A DNA stretch of 64,000 bases, from positions 256,001 through 320,000 of the forward strand of contig CAWFSF010000001.1 in NCBI GenBank assembly GCA_963818475.1, in the 5' to 3' direction. Each line of letters starts with the position of its first letter. Position 1 is the stretch's first letter. The DNA comes from Nitrospirota bacterium. Its GTDB lineage: Bacteria > Nitrospirota > UBA9217. A program made the translations under genes and the position numbers. The notes below the pieces were generated by a model that searched no databases, was not told the DNA's origin, and saw only the letters and a program-made list of their open reading frames with translations. This document shows positions 1-8,717 of the stretch, in pieces.

Positions 1-356
1 TCGGTCGAAAGCGCGTGATTTCCCGTTACCCTGACCGATTCAACGATCGTCATCGGCAGCAGCGTGTACACGAGGCGCACGCCCTTGTCATCGGGAAAGG
101 CATCGACCCGGATGTCCGTGAACAGGCCCTTCAGGTACAGGAAAGCGATCCCGTCCCTGACGGCCTTTCGCGAAAAGGGATCGCCGGGCTTGAATCCCAC
201 GAGGGGCAGGAGCAATTCAGGGTGCGGCCAGGGAGCGCCGTGCTCATCAACAAGAGCGATCTGGGTGACCGGAAGACCGGAAAGATCAGCTGCTGCAGCT
301 GAAGAAGTGAGCACGAGCAGAGCCGCGCAGACCGCGCATAAGTGCAACAATTTCAT
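1..356 (-). CDS. POTRA-domain outer-membrane protein (BamA/TamA-like), N-terminal part, runs off window
   Basis: Manual translation from ATG at 356: MKLLHLCAVCAALLVLTSSAAAADLSG...FKPGDPFSRKAVRDGIAFLYLKGLFTDIRV...IVESVRVTGNHALS, i.e. signal peptide plus POTRA-like pattern. Confidence 0.65.
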   Translation of the reverse strand, partial: MKLLHLCAVCAALLVLTSSAAAADLSGLPVTQIALVDEHGAPWPHPELLLPLVGFKPGDPFSRKAVRDGIAFLYLKGLFTDIRVDAFPDDKGVRLVYTLLPMTIVESVRVTGNHALST

Positions 357-558
357 AAATAATTTTTAACACATCGAAGAAGGAATGTAAAGGATGATTC
401 CCCGGTGGCCTGAAAGGAATTCTCACGATGTCATATAAAAACGTCGCATTTGCCTCATATGATTTGCATCATTACCCATGACCGTTGTTATAGTACAATA
501 ACGACATTGAATCGTTCAATACCTGTCACGATACTTCTAGCTGAAGAAAAACCGTTCC

Positions 559-824
559 GTGGATTACAAACACCTTCATCGCATCTTGCCCATGGCGGGC
601 ATTTTCATCCTGCTGGCAGCACCGCCTGCTCGCCTCGTCGCGTGCCGGCTGAAGCGGCAGCGCCCTATCACAACCTGGGTGCCATGAGCCCCGGCGGAAA
701 AACGGAAATTGATGACATCAAACAGAAGCTGCGGATGCTGAACGAGAAACGCCTTAAAGGGGAGCTGTCAGGGCAAGAGTGTGAGAAGTTGAAGGATCAA
801 CTGCTTGATGAGAAGGGCTTCTAG
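559..824 (+). CDS. Small exported/lipoprotein-like protein with C-terminal SHOCT-like helix, probably frameshifted near 620
   Basis: Hydrophobic N-terminus (MAGIFILLAA) is in one frame; TACSPRR...QKLRMLNEKRLKGELSGQECEKLKDQLL is in ORF 450..824. Confidence 0.4.
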
Positions 825-853
825 GGCGCGGGGGAACGGAGGATCAAGGATTT

Positions 854-879
854 GTAGGGGCGGGTTTCAAACCCGCCCT
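854..879 (+). repeat. GTAG-type REP hairpin
   Basis: GTAG followed by stem GGGCGGGTTT-C-AAACCCGCCC. Confidence 0.7.
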
Positions 880-921
880 AAGCATAACCTCGGACGACAC
901 ATGGGGAAATAGCCGCAACGA

Positions 922-1149
922 TCACGAAGCTTTTTCCAGTCGCTCCGCAACCCAAACCTTGATGATCGACTGCCGGGGGACCCCAAGGCGTTTTGCCTCT
1001 TTGTCCAATAACTGGATCATCCACACGGGGAAGTCCACGTTCACGCGTTTCTGTTCATGCTCGGGCCTTCGCGCCTTTTTCAGATCCAGGTGCTTTGAAA
1101 TATCCGCACCCTCATCGAATTTTTTGTCAAAATCACGCGCTTTCACTTT
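922..1149 (-). CDS. brnA: BrnA/CopG-like antitoxin
   Basis: FDKKFDEG...KRVNVDFPVWMIQLLDKEAKRLGVPRQSIIKVWVAERL (ribbon-helix-helix); overlaps upstream BrnT. Confidence 0.85.
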   Translation of the reverse strand, partial: KVKARDFDKKFDEGADISKHLDLKKARRPEHEQKRVNVDFPVWMIQLLDKEAKRLGVPRQSIIKVWVAERLEKAS

Positions 1150-1402
1150 CATATATATCAACCTCCTCTTTCCTCGACCGCCGCACCGATATCAACCTTA
1201 CTTTCCCGTCTCGATAGGTGATGACGCCCGACCAGTGCTTTCCCGCTATCCTTCCAATCACCAGATAGCGCTGTTCGTCAATGGTTTGAACGGGAATTTC
1301 TATCAAATCGGGATCATCCCACAAAGCTTGAGCCTCATGGAAATCGAGCCCGTGTTTTTGCTTGTTGCTGTCGCTCTTTTTGGAGTCGAACTCAAATTCC
1401 AT
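1133..1402 (-). CDS. brnT: BrnT family RNase toxin
   Basis: MEFEFDSKKSDSNKQKHGLDFHEA...RYLVIGRI...VRLISVRRS. Confidence 0.9.
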   Translation of the reverse strand: MEFEFDSKKSDSNKQKHGLDFHEAQALWDDPDLIEIPVQTIDEQRYLVIGRIAGKHWSGVITYRDGKVRLISVRRSRKEEVDIYESESA

Positions 1403-1614
1403 GGTATAGAAATTATACCTTAATTATACCGGCGGTCAAGGGTTCTTTTCAAGGATGCGTCGGATTTCGCGCGTTCTACCCGACCTCCTGACGGTGAAAT
1501 CACGGGGGAACGGATGCTCCATGAAGTGAAACTCAACAGTTCCCAAAAACATCATTCACAACGATCGTTAAGTTTGTTGCGTCAGTTTCATATTGCTCTT
1601 CCTGTCCTACCGAC

Positions 1615-2184
1615 TCACGCAGTTTTCCGTTGAATGAGTCTCACAATATTCAAAAGTATCGCCACTATCGGTTTGAGTATGAACCCCACGGGTTTTAGCC
1701 ATTTGTACCTCTGGCGAAAATAATGACGCCCAAGTTTTTTCTGCCAGTCTTCTGCAACATCCTCACGTTCTCGGTGTTCTGGCGCACGTGTTGAATGAAT
1801 ATGATGCCCCAGTTCATGGTACAACACCTCTGTAAGTAATAAATCCTGAAACAAAGGGGCCTTAACAACCAGAATAGGCCAGCGGTGAATGATCTTATCG
1901 ACGAAAAGTTCGATCGTGGCTGCTTTCCCTTGACACTTGTAGTGATATAAACCGCGACACTCACGGACAGCTACTTTGCGCTTTCTCGATAAGGTTTTTT
2001 GTCTTCTTCGACTATGATTAAGCCCGTCGATATTTGTTAATATGACAGAATGGAGCCCATTAACATACTTCCCCGGGACGCCGTCAATAAGACGCTCAAC
2101 AGACCTGCGAACCCATGACGGTGGAGAATAATCTTTGTAACTTTCGCAAATTTCAATTTTTTGCTTATTGATCAACGCCGCCAA
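1615..2184 (-). CDS. Hypothetical protein with HExxH zincin-like motif
   Basis: VLYHELGHHIH...EDVAE; lower GC than the neighbouring RNB gene. Confidence 0.6.
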   Translation of the reverse strand: MAALINKQKIEICESYKDYSPPSWVRRSVERLIDGVPGKYVNGLHSVILTNIDGLNHSRRRQKTLSRKRKVAVRECRGLYHYKCQGKAATIELFVDKIIHRWPILVVKAPLFQDLLLTEVLYHELGHHIHSTRAPEHREREDVAEDWQKKLGRHYFRQRYKWLKPVGFILKPIVAILLNIVRLIQRKTA

Positions 2185-3669
2185 CTATTCCACCCGTTTG
2201 AAGTCGATATACCCGCGCTCAACATCCGTACGGACCAGCTGCACCCGCAGTTGATTGCCGACGTCAAGGCCGTCCTGACCGCTCGACAGCCTGCCTTCGA
2301 TGGGCGGATGGAGCAGCCGGACCCAGGTGCCTTTTGCCGCAGCGCCGGTGACGATGGCATCGAAGCGCTCGCCGACTCTGTTCTCCAGGAGCATGGCTGC
2401 CGCGGATTTTCTGACCTGCCGTTCGACCTTCTTCGCCGCATCCTCTTTTTCCGTGCAATGCTTTGCGAGCGATTCGAGCTCGCCATGCGCGTAGGGAAGC
2501 TCCTGCCCGCCGAGGGCGGACTTGAGCAGCCGCTGGGTAATAACGTCCGGAAAGCGGCGGTTCGGCGCCGTGGAATGGGCATAGTCCCTGACTGCGAGGC
2601 CGAAATGGCCGGTCGTGCTGTCGGCGGTTGATCCGGGAACCCGCACGGCATATTCACCGGGTCCCATCAGCTTGATCACGGACAAGGAAAGATCGGGAAA
2701 GCGTACGGGATCGGCTGCCCGCTCCTGCGTCAGGAATTGCTCCAGCGCTTTTGAGTCCGGCGCTGCCGGCAGCTTATAGCGCTTCTCCGCAGCAAGCTCG
2801 ACGATGCGGTCCCATCGTTTGGGCGTCCGCACAACGCGCCTGAGCGAAGGAAGCTTTTTGGCAAATAGAAAGCGCGACGTAACGCCGTTCGCGGCGACCA
2901 TGAAGTTCTCGATGATGTCATGGGCCCTTCCGCCCTTTTCAGCGGACACGTCCTTGAGCTCATCGGCATCGAACACCAGCCTCGCCTCCACGGTCTCGAG
3001 GGTCAAGGCGCCGTGGTCATGCCTGAAGGTTTTCATTTCCTGTGCCACCCGGTCCTGGAGCCAAAGGTTCTCAGCAAGGCCGTCCACCTCTCCGATCTCG
3101 ATCGGCATGGAACCCTTGCCGTCGAGCCAGTCGGCAAGGCTGTTGTAGCAGAGTTTCGCGCGGTTCTGGACCAGCGCCCCGTACACATCGGAGCGCCTGA
3201 GCGACCCGTCCGCCGCGATCTCCATTTCAACCACGACAGCATGCCGTTCTGATGCGTAATTAAGCGAGGTCAGATCGGTCGAAAGCTTCTCCGGCAGCAT
3301 GGGGAAGATCCGTGCCTCGGTATAGACCGACGTCGTGTTCTGGCGCGCGTGCGCATCGATGGCAGAATCTTTTTTGACCAGCGCATCCACATCGGCGATC
3401 GCGACAAATATCTTCGCTGCACCATCAGGCAATGCTTCGGCAACCGTGAGCTGGTCCAGGTCGCGGGAGTCGTCGTTGTCGATGGAGCACCAGATCAGAT
3501 GCCGCAGATCGCGGGTCTGACCTTCGGCAATGGCCACGTGCCCCTGCATGGTCTCGAGCTCTGCCAGCGCCTGGGTTGAGAACTCCGGCAACAGGCCCCG
3601 TTCGAGCATTGCTCGGCGGGCGATGCGCTGCAGGATGGTTCGGTGCTTTTTCGCGTTTGGATCAGTCAT
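2185..3669 (-). CDS. RNB-domain exoribonuclease (RNase II/R family)
   Basis: SIDNDDSRDLDQL, IENFMVAAN, HFGLAVRDYAHSTAPNRRFPD motifs; C-terminal S1-like domain. Confidence 0.9.
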   Translation of the reverse strand: MTDPNAKKHRTILQRIARRAMLERGLLPEFSTQALAELETMQGHVAIAEGQTRDLRHLIWCSIDNDDSRDLDQLTVAEALPDGAAKIFVAIADVDALVKKDSAIDAHARQNTTSVYTEARIFPMLPEKLSTDLTSLNYASERHAVVVEMEIAADGSLRRSDVYGALVQNRAKLCYNSLADWLDGKGSMPIEIGEVDGLAENLWLQDRVAQEMKTFRHDHGALTLETVEARLVFDADELKDVSAEKGGRAHDIIENFMVAANGVTSRFLFAKKLPSLRRVVRTPKRWDRIVELAAEKRYKLPAAPDSKALEQFLTQERAADPVRFPDLSLSVIKLMGPGEYAVRVPGSTADSTTGHFGLAVRDYAHSTAPNRRFPDVITQRLLKSALGGQELPYAHGELESLAKHCTEKEDAAKKVERQVRKSAAAMLLENRVGERFDAIVTGAAAKGTWVRLLHPPIEGRLSSGQDGLDVGNQLRVQLVRTDVERGYIDFKRVE

Positions 3670-3876
3670 AAGGGAACCTCGGAATGGATTTATATTACCG
3701 GCATGGGAAACGTTGAAGCGGATTCATTATATATAGTGACCGGAAAAAGCACAATAAAAGAAAAAGCGATTGAGACGCGGACAAAGCTGAAACCCGGACT
3801 TGTGAGCTGACCGTGAATCGGCTATAATATGCCACTTTTCAGCAGGAATATATTTCACCACAAGGAGGCACACTAC

Positions 3877-4605
3877 ATGTCAAGAAGCACCAGGATCAGC
3901 AGGATCGCGGCAACATTGTTTTTTGTATTATTTATTGCCGGGGTCGCGTTCTCAAACTCCAGCAGCGAACCAGGGGTATCCCCGGACGAGGCCCTGCAAA
4001 AGCTGATGGAAGGCAACCAACATTACGTGGATAACAAGCTGACCAATGCTGCGCAATGCGACGCTGCAGCACGGACCTCGCTGGCCAGGTCCCAGAAACC
4101 CTACGCCATCATCCTCACCTGTTCCGACTCCCGCGTCCCGCCGGAAATCATTTTCGATAAAGGTCTGGGTGAGATCTTTGTTGTCCGAGTTGCGGGAAAC
4201 ATACCCGATCCTGTCGTTCTCGGGAGCATCGAGTATGCCGCCGAGCATCTGGGCTCGACCCTGGTAATGGTGTTGGGACACGAGCGCTGCGGAGCGGTCA
4301 CTGCCACCGTGGATTCAAAAGGGAAGAGTACCGGCAGCGTAAACATTGACGCCATCGTCAAGGGCATTGAACCAAACGTCAAGGTAGCCGCACACGATTG
4401 CGACGCTTGCAAGGGTGTTGCAAAATGCGCCGAAACAAAGAAAAACGATTTTGTGGAATGCGTGATCGATGCCAATGCAAAAACAGTGGCTGCCGGCCTG
4501 ACAAAGAGATCCAAGATCCTCAAACATCTGGCCGAAGAGAAAAAGCTCAAGATCGTGGCCGCCAGGTATGATTTGGATGAAGGCACGGTAACACTGTTCA
4601 AGTAG
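3877..4605 (+). CDS. Beta-class carbonic anhydrase with signal peptide
   Basis: CSDSRVPPE, VRVAGN, GHERCGAV Zn ligands; SD AAGGAGG before ATG 3877. Confidence 0.93.
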   Translation: MSRSTRISRIAATLFFVLFIAGVAFSNSSSEPGVSPDEALQKLMEGNQHYVDNKLTNAAQCDAAARTSLARSQKPYAIILTCSDSRVPPEIIFDKGLGEIFVVRVAGNIPDPVVLGSIEYAAEHLGSTLVMVLGHERCGAVTATVDSKGKSTGSVNIDAIVKGIEPNVKVAAHDCDACKGVAKCAETKKNDFVECVIDANAKTVAAGLTKRSKILKHLAEEKKLKIVAARYDLDEGTVTLFK

Positions 4606-4794
4606 GATGAACGAAGCAGAGCGGGAAGAATAGCGAGGGTCGTGTTTCAACCTTGCTCAAAAGCAAGTTGGCACACGACCCTTATTTTTTGGCAGTTCGT
4701 TGTTTGAGTCCGGCAGGTTGGGCAAAAGATCTGTAGAAAAAGCCCGTTTGAATGATGACAAAATTTGAGAAACGACTTTCGCTACAGGTTCAAC
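3928..4794. repeat. Direct repeat copy 1 (~865 bp): carbonic anhydrase 3' part plus downstream DNA up to the cassette core site
   Basis: Near-identical to 7805-8668 with several substitutions and small indels. Confidence 0.95.
4637..4682 (+). terminator. Long hairpin downstream of carbonic anhydrase (probable terminator); second copy near 8509-8554
   Basis: AGGGTCGTGT...ACACGACCCT stem followed by TATTTTTT. Confidence 0.55.
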
Positions 4795-4846
4795 GCGGCG
4801 CTGACGCGCCGCCTCTGGCGCGTCGCAGTCGAGCGCCAGGTTGGTC
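4788..4846 (-). other. attC site (59 bp)
   Basis: Minus strand GACCAAC...GTTGAAC with imperfect GC-rich palindrome; 5 bp after the stop of 4852..5892. Confidence 0.85.
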
Positions 4847-4851
4847 CTAAA

Positions 4852-5892
4852 CTATTTGAGCCCCCAGTCTGTAAGATGGGGAAAGGACTGCCAGAGCGCG
4901 TAAAAAACTGTCATCATGAGAATTATAATGAGAACCAGCATCTGCCACGTTGAAGTACTGCTTTGCTGTTCTCTCAAAGACGGCTCAGAAAAATTTGTGG
5001 CAAGTTCAAGTTGTGGGTTTAACGTATTTACAATGGCAATAACCTGCTTGATCTCTGTTATATATTTCCCAAATGTTGAAAGTCCTATTTCATAAATATC
5101 ATTTCGCATAGTCCTGATTATAAGAAAAGAACGCTCAGACATATAAAGGTCTTTCATCTTCCCTTGAATAGCTATCACATCTGATAAAGGGATAATATCT
5201 CTTGTCGTCCAGCCGTTAGGCTTTCGGAGAGAAAAACAGTTGTAATCAAGGAAAATCAAGTTCGCTGAAGTGATGACTAAAGCTTTCCTAATTATCCTTT
5301 TACCGTTTATGAATTTGTTAGTAAACATGTTCAATGTTTTGTAGAACAAGACTTCCTCGCCTTCCCCTAAACTCAGTAAGTTTAGCAAAGCTGGAGGAAT
5401 TTTATCGCCCTTTACATGAGGTGATATTTTGGCAGGCGAAGCGGGAAGGGCATCCCCTTTTTTATAATCGCAATTCGAGCATGAACCGACTAAGTAAGAA
5501 TTATGGTAATGGCATGAGGGACATGTCTCAAAATATTGATTCCGAGTAATATCACTGATCAGTCGTTTAAACGATTTTTGAATCAGAAGGCGCACAACAA
5601 TAAAAGCTAAAAAAACGATGATGAAATAATTCTTAGTAGACGGGAAGATGATGGGGCCGTTCATAAAATCCAAATACGCAGATAAAACATAGGCCAGCAC
5701 ACCGATTACAACTGTTTTTTGTAGAAATTTTGATCCTTTTAAAGACTGCTCGATAGCAAAAACAATGAAAATCCTATAACTGCCAATTCCAGAAATAAAA
5801 AACAGAATGGCAGTGACGACACCTGCCATACTTAAAATATAATCACGTTGTGGGATTGTTAGATTCCTGACCTTCATGGATATCGCTCGCAA
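4852..5892 (-). CDS. Cassette-encoded membrane protein with Zn-ribbon and PH-like cytoplasmic region
   Basis: Low GC, N-terminal TM segments, CPSC-x10-CSNC, C-terminal TM; bounded by GTTAGTCC and attC. Confidence 0.7.
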   Translation of the reverse strand: MRAISMKVRNLTIPQRDYILSMAGVVTAILFFISGIGSYRIFIVFAIEQSLKGSKFLQKTVVIGVLAYVLSAYLDFMNGPIIFPSTKNYFIIVFLAFIVVRLLIQKSFKRLISDITRNQYFETCPSCHYHNSYLVGSCSNCDYKKGDALPASPAKISPHVKGDKIPPALLNLLSLGEGEEVLFYKTLNMFTNKFINGKRIIRKALVITSANLIFLDYNCFSLRKPNGWTTRDIIPLSDVIAIQGKMKDLYMSERSFLIIRTMRNDIYEIGLSTFGKYITEIKQVIAIVNTLNPQLELATNFSEPSLREQQSSTSTWQMLVLIIILMMTVFYALWQSFPHLTDWGLK

Positions 5893-5920
5893 TATTCAGT
5901 TCATTTTATGGACTAACACG

Positions 5921-5979
5921 GATTAACGCGCGCCTGACGCGCCGCCTTTGGCGCGTCGCTGTCGAGGCGCTTGTTGTAT
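5921..5979 (-). other. attC site (59 bp)
   Basis: Minus strand ATACAAC...GTTAATC; near-identical to 12483-12541. Confidence 0.85.
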
Positions 5980-5983
5980 TTGA

Positions 5984-6694
5984 TTACGATTGCATGTAGC
6001 CGTTTTGTTTGCTCTTAAAGTGGGTAATCAATCCTTGTTCAAAAAAGAACATTAAGTCGTTAAGGGACAATTTGCTGATGACATATTTCTTCCTATGCTT
6101 ACTAATTGTTGTCGTTCCTGACATATTCACAATCAATTTAGCTTCATGAACAAATTGCGATCTGACATCGTATAGATACTTTGAGAGATCGTCGATTGTG
6201 GCATTAGAGTTTGCGATTTCCAATTTTTGTAAAATCGTTGACTGATGCTGGTCAGCCAATGACTTAAAGAAGGCCATCGATTGCTGGATTGATCCAAATT
6301 CTCTTTTGTATTGACGGAAATAACCTTTCAGTTCTTCTTTGTCTTTAATAGGAAATGTTATAATTGATTTTTTCCTAACAAGGTAATCAAAGAATTCGAT
6401 ATACGGTTCACAGTGTAGAGACTCAATCAGGGAGAATATTGCAATGTACTTATAGGTATCTGTAAGATAATCAATCCTTTTATTCAAACCAGGAATCTTT
6501 ATCAGCCAATCACCCCGTTTAACCAGAAATAAATAAAATGATGCTGTTTTCAAAAAAAAATTCTTATCTTCATCTGTTGTTATGGTCTTATAATATTCAT
6601 CGAACACTTTCCGACTTCTAAAGTGACTTTTAAGGGCGAGATAGGAATATTTTAAAAATTTATCCTTTGCCTCCAAATATCGCATATCCTTCAT
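5984..6694 (-). CDS. Cassette-encoded HEPN-like protein (Apea-type)
   Basis: IFSLIESL...LYDVRSQFVHEA (Rx4H); low GC; followed by attC. Confidence 0.6.
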   Translation of the reverse strand: MKDMRYLEAKDKFLKYSYLALKSHFRSRKVFDEYYKTITTDEDKNFFLKTASFYLFLVKRGDWLIKIPGLNKRIDYLTDTYKYIAIFSLIESLHCEPYIEFFDYLVRKKSIITFPIKDKEELKGYFRQYKREFGSIQQSMAFFKSLADQHQSTILQKLEIANSNATIDDLSKYLYDVRSQFVHEAKLIVNMSGTTTISKHRKKYVISKLSLNDLMFFFEQGLITHFKSKQNGYMQS

Positions 6695-6712
6695 AAGCCA
6701 GCCTCTGGATAA

Positions 6713-7799
6713 ATCTTGGGGACGTTGTTGTTATTTGATATGATACATTATCTTCCAGATTTTTGTTCCATTCGCTGAATAGCTTTTGTAATTGCCGGTG
6801 TGCTGACTCCCACCTGTCGGGCTATGGCGGCAGCCGACAACCCCAGCTCTTCTCTACCCCGCATGGCAATGGTTGCCCGCGTTTCGCTTACAGCCCTGCG
6901 TTTTCCACCTCCACGCAGTTCAAGAGGATTGATCCCGCTCCTTCGGCATTCCTCCCCTATGATCTTCTTGATGGTTTTTCCCGCCCGGGTGTATTTGAGC
7001 TGGCGCAGGTGCCGTTCTTCCGTTTCTTTCAGGATCTGATAGACAAAATCACCGCCGCCAAGTATGCGCTGATCGAAATCTTCTTGCTGTCCTCTCCGGC
7101 GCATTGCCAGCACCTGTGACCATCCGCCCTGGCTTCGAATAAGGCCTCCGCCGGTCAGCTCCTTGACAGGACCCTGGTCAATTCCTTCCCGCATGAACCG
7201 GCGATACTCATTTGCAGCCTTCCGATGGGTGACCCCAAATTGGGACATCACTCCCTCGATATCCATCCACGGATACTTGGCCTTTCCGACGAGTGTTCTG
7301 TGGCCGCACCACGCATAACGGTCCAGTTCTTCGATGGTTTTAACGATTCCTGCGCGGACGGGATTAAGATGGATGTAACGAACAAGAGCCAGAAGGTAAT
7401 TGTCTTCATCGCAGAGAATGGATTTATAGCGGTTTTCAAACAGGTGCCCCGTCCTGTTATGGCGGCGGTTGTAGTACTGCGCGTACCAGGTGAGAAGCTT
7501 TCGCATGACGCAGGATATGCCATCCTTGCCGCTCTTGAAGAGAATGTGGACATGATTCCTCATCAACGCCCAGGCGTATACGGTGCTTTTCCCGTCAGCC
7601 ACATTGAGGCCGAGTCGCTCGAGGAAGAGGCCTCTGTCCTGATCGTCTTTGAATATGTCTGTTTTGTCGATGCCCCGAACCATGATGTGATGCAAGGCGC
7701 CGGGAACATCGAGGCGGGCTTGGCGCGGCATGGGTCTATTATAGTGAAAAGCGGTTCGCTGTCAAGAAATATATCAGATAGCAACAACGTCCCCAAGAT
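6713..7799. mobile_element. HUH (Y1/RAYT-like) element bounded by 29-bp inverted repeats
   Basis: 6713-6741 ATCTTGGGGACGTTGTTGTTATTTGATAT vs reverse complement of 7771-7799 ATCTTGGGGACGTTGTTGCTATCTGATAT (27/29). Confidence 0.8.
6748..7731 (-). CDS. REP-associated tyrosine transposase-like protein (Y1_Tnp plus C-terminal DnaA-C-like HTH)
   Basis: MPRQARLDVPGALHHIMVRG, LMRNHVH (HUH), GHLFENRYKS, YIHLNPVRAG. Confidence 0.9.
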   Translation of the reverse strand: MPRQARLDVPGALHHIMVRGIDKTDIFKDDQDRGLFLERLGLNVADGKSTVYAWALMRNHVHILFKSGKDGISCVMRKLLTWYAQYYNRRHNRTGHLFENRYKSILCDEDNYLLALVRYIHLNPVRAGIVKTIEELDRYAWCGHRTLVGKAKYPWMDIEGVMSQFGVTHRKAANEYRRFMREGIDQGPVKELTGGGLIRSQGGWSQVLAMRRRGQQEDFDQRILGGGDFVYQILKETEERHLRQLKYTRAGKTIKKIIGEECRRSGINPLELRGGGKRRAVSETRATIAMRGREELGLSAAAIARQVGVSTPAITKAIQRMEQKSGR

Positions 7800-7804
7800 G
7801 TCCG

Positions 7805-8482
7805 TTATTTATTGCCGGGGTCGCGTTCTCAAACTCCAGCAGCGAACCAGGGGTATCCCCGGACGAGGCCCTGCAAAAGCTGATGGAAGGCAACCAACAT
7901 TATGTGGATAACAAGCTGACCAATGCTGCGCAATGCGACGCTGCAGCACGGACCTCGCTGGCCAGGTCCCAGAAACCCTACGCCATCATCCTCACCTGTT
8001 CCGACTCCCGCGTCCCGCCGGAAATCATTTTCGATAAAGGTCTGGGTGAGATCTTTGTTGTCCGAGTTGCGGGAAACATACCCGATCCTGTCGTTCTCGG
8101 GAGCATCGAGTATGCCGCCGAGCATCTGGGCTCGACCCTGGTAATGGTGTTGGGACACGAGCGCTGCGGAGCGGTCACTGCCACCGTGGATTCAAAAGGG
8201 AAGAGTACCGGCAGCGTAAACATTGACGCCATCGTCAAGGGCATTGAACCAAACGTCAAGGTAGCCGCACACGATTGCGACGCTTGCAAGGGTGTTGCAA
8301 AATGCGCCGAAACAAAGAAAAACGATTTTGTGGAATGCGTGATCGATGCCAATGCAAAAACAGTGGCTGCCGGCCTGACAAAGAGATCCAAGATACTCAA
8401 ACATCTGTCCGAAGAGAAAAAGCTCAAGATCGTGGCCGCCAGGTATGATTTGGATGAAGGCACGGTAACACTGTTTAAGTAG
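7805..8482 (+). pseudogene. 5'-truncated second copy of carbonic anhydrase
   Basis: Begins within the signal-peptide codons; no promoter, RBS or start; rest of frame intact. Confidence 0.85.
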
Positions 8483-8668
8483 GGTGGAATTAAGCGGGAA
8501 GAATAGCGAGGGTCGTGTTTCAACCTTGCTCAAAAGCAAGTTGGCACACGACCCTTATTTTGTGGCAGTTCGTTGTTTGAGTCCGGCAGGTTGGGCAAAA
8601 GATCTGTAGAAAAAGCCCGTTTTGAATGATGACAAAATTTGAGAAACGACTTTCGCTACAAGTTCAAC
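7805..8668. repeat. Direct repeat copy 2 (~865 bp)
   Basis: Matches 3928-4794; homology stops exactly at GTTCAAC. Confidence 0.95.
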
Positions 8669-8717
8669 ACGGAGTTCACACGCCGCTTAGCGGTCGGCGT
8701 GGAACGACAGGTTATGC
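8662..8717 (-). other. attC site (56 bp, different sequence type)
   Basis: Minus strand GCATAAC...GTTGAAC; stop codon of 8712..11327 lies in TAAC. Confidence 0.8.
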
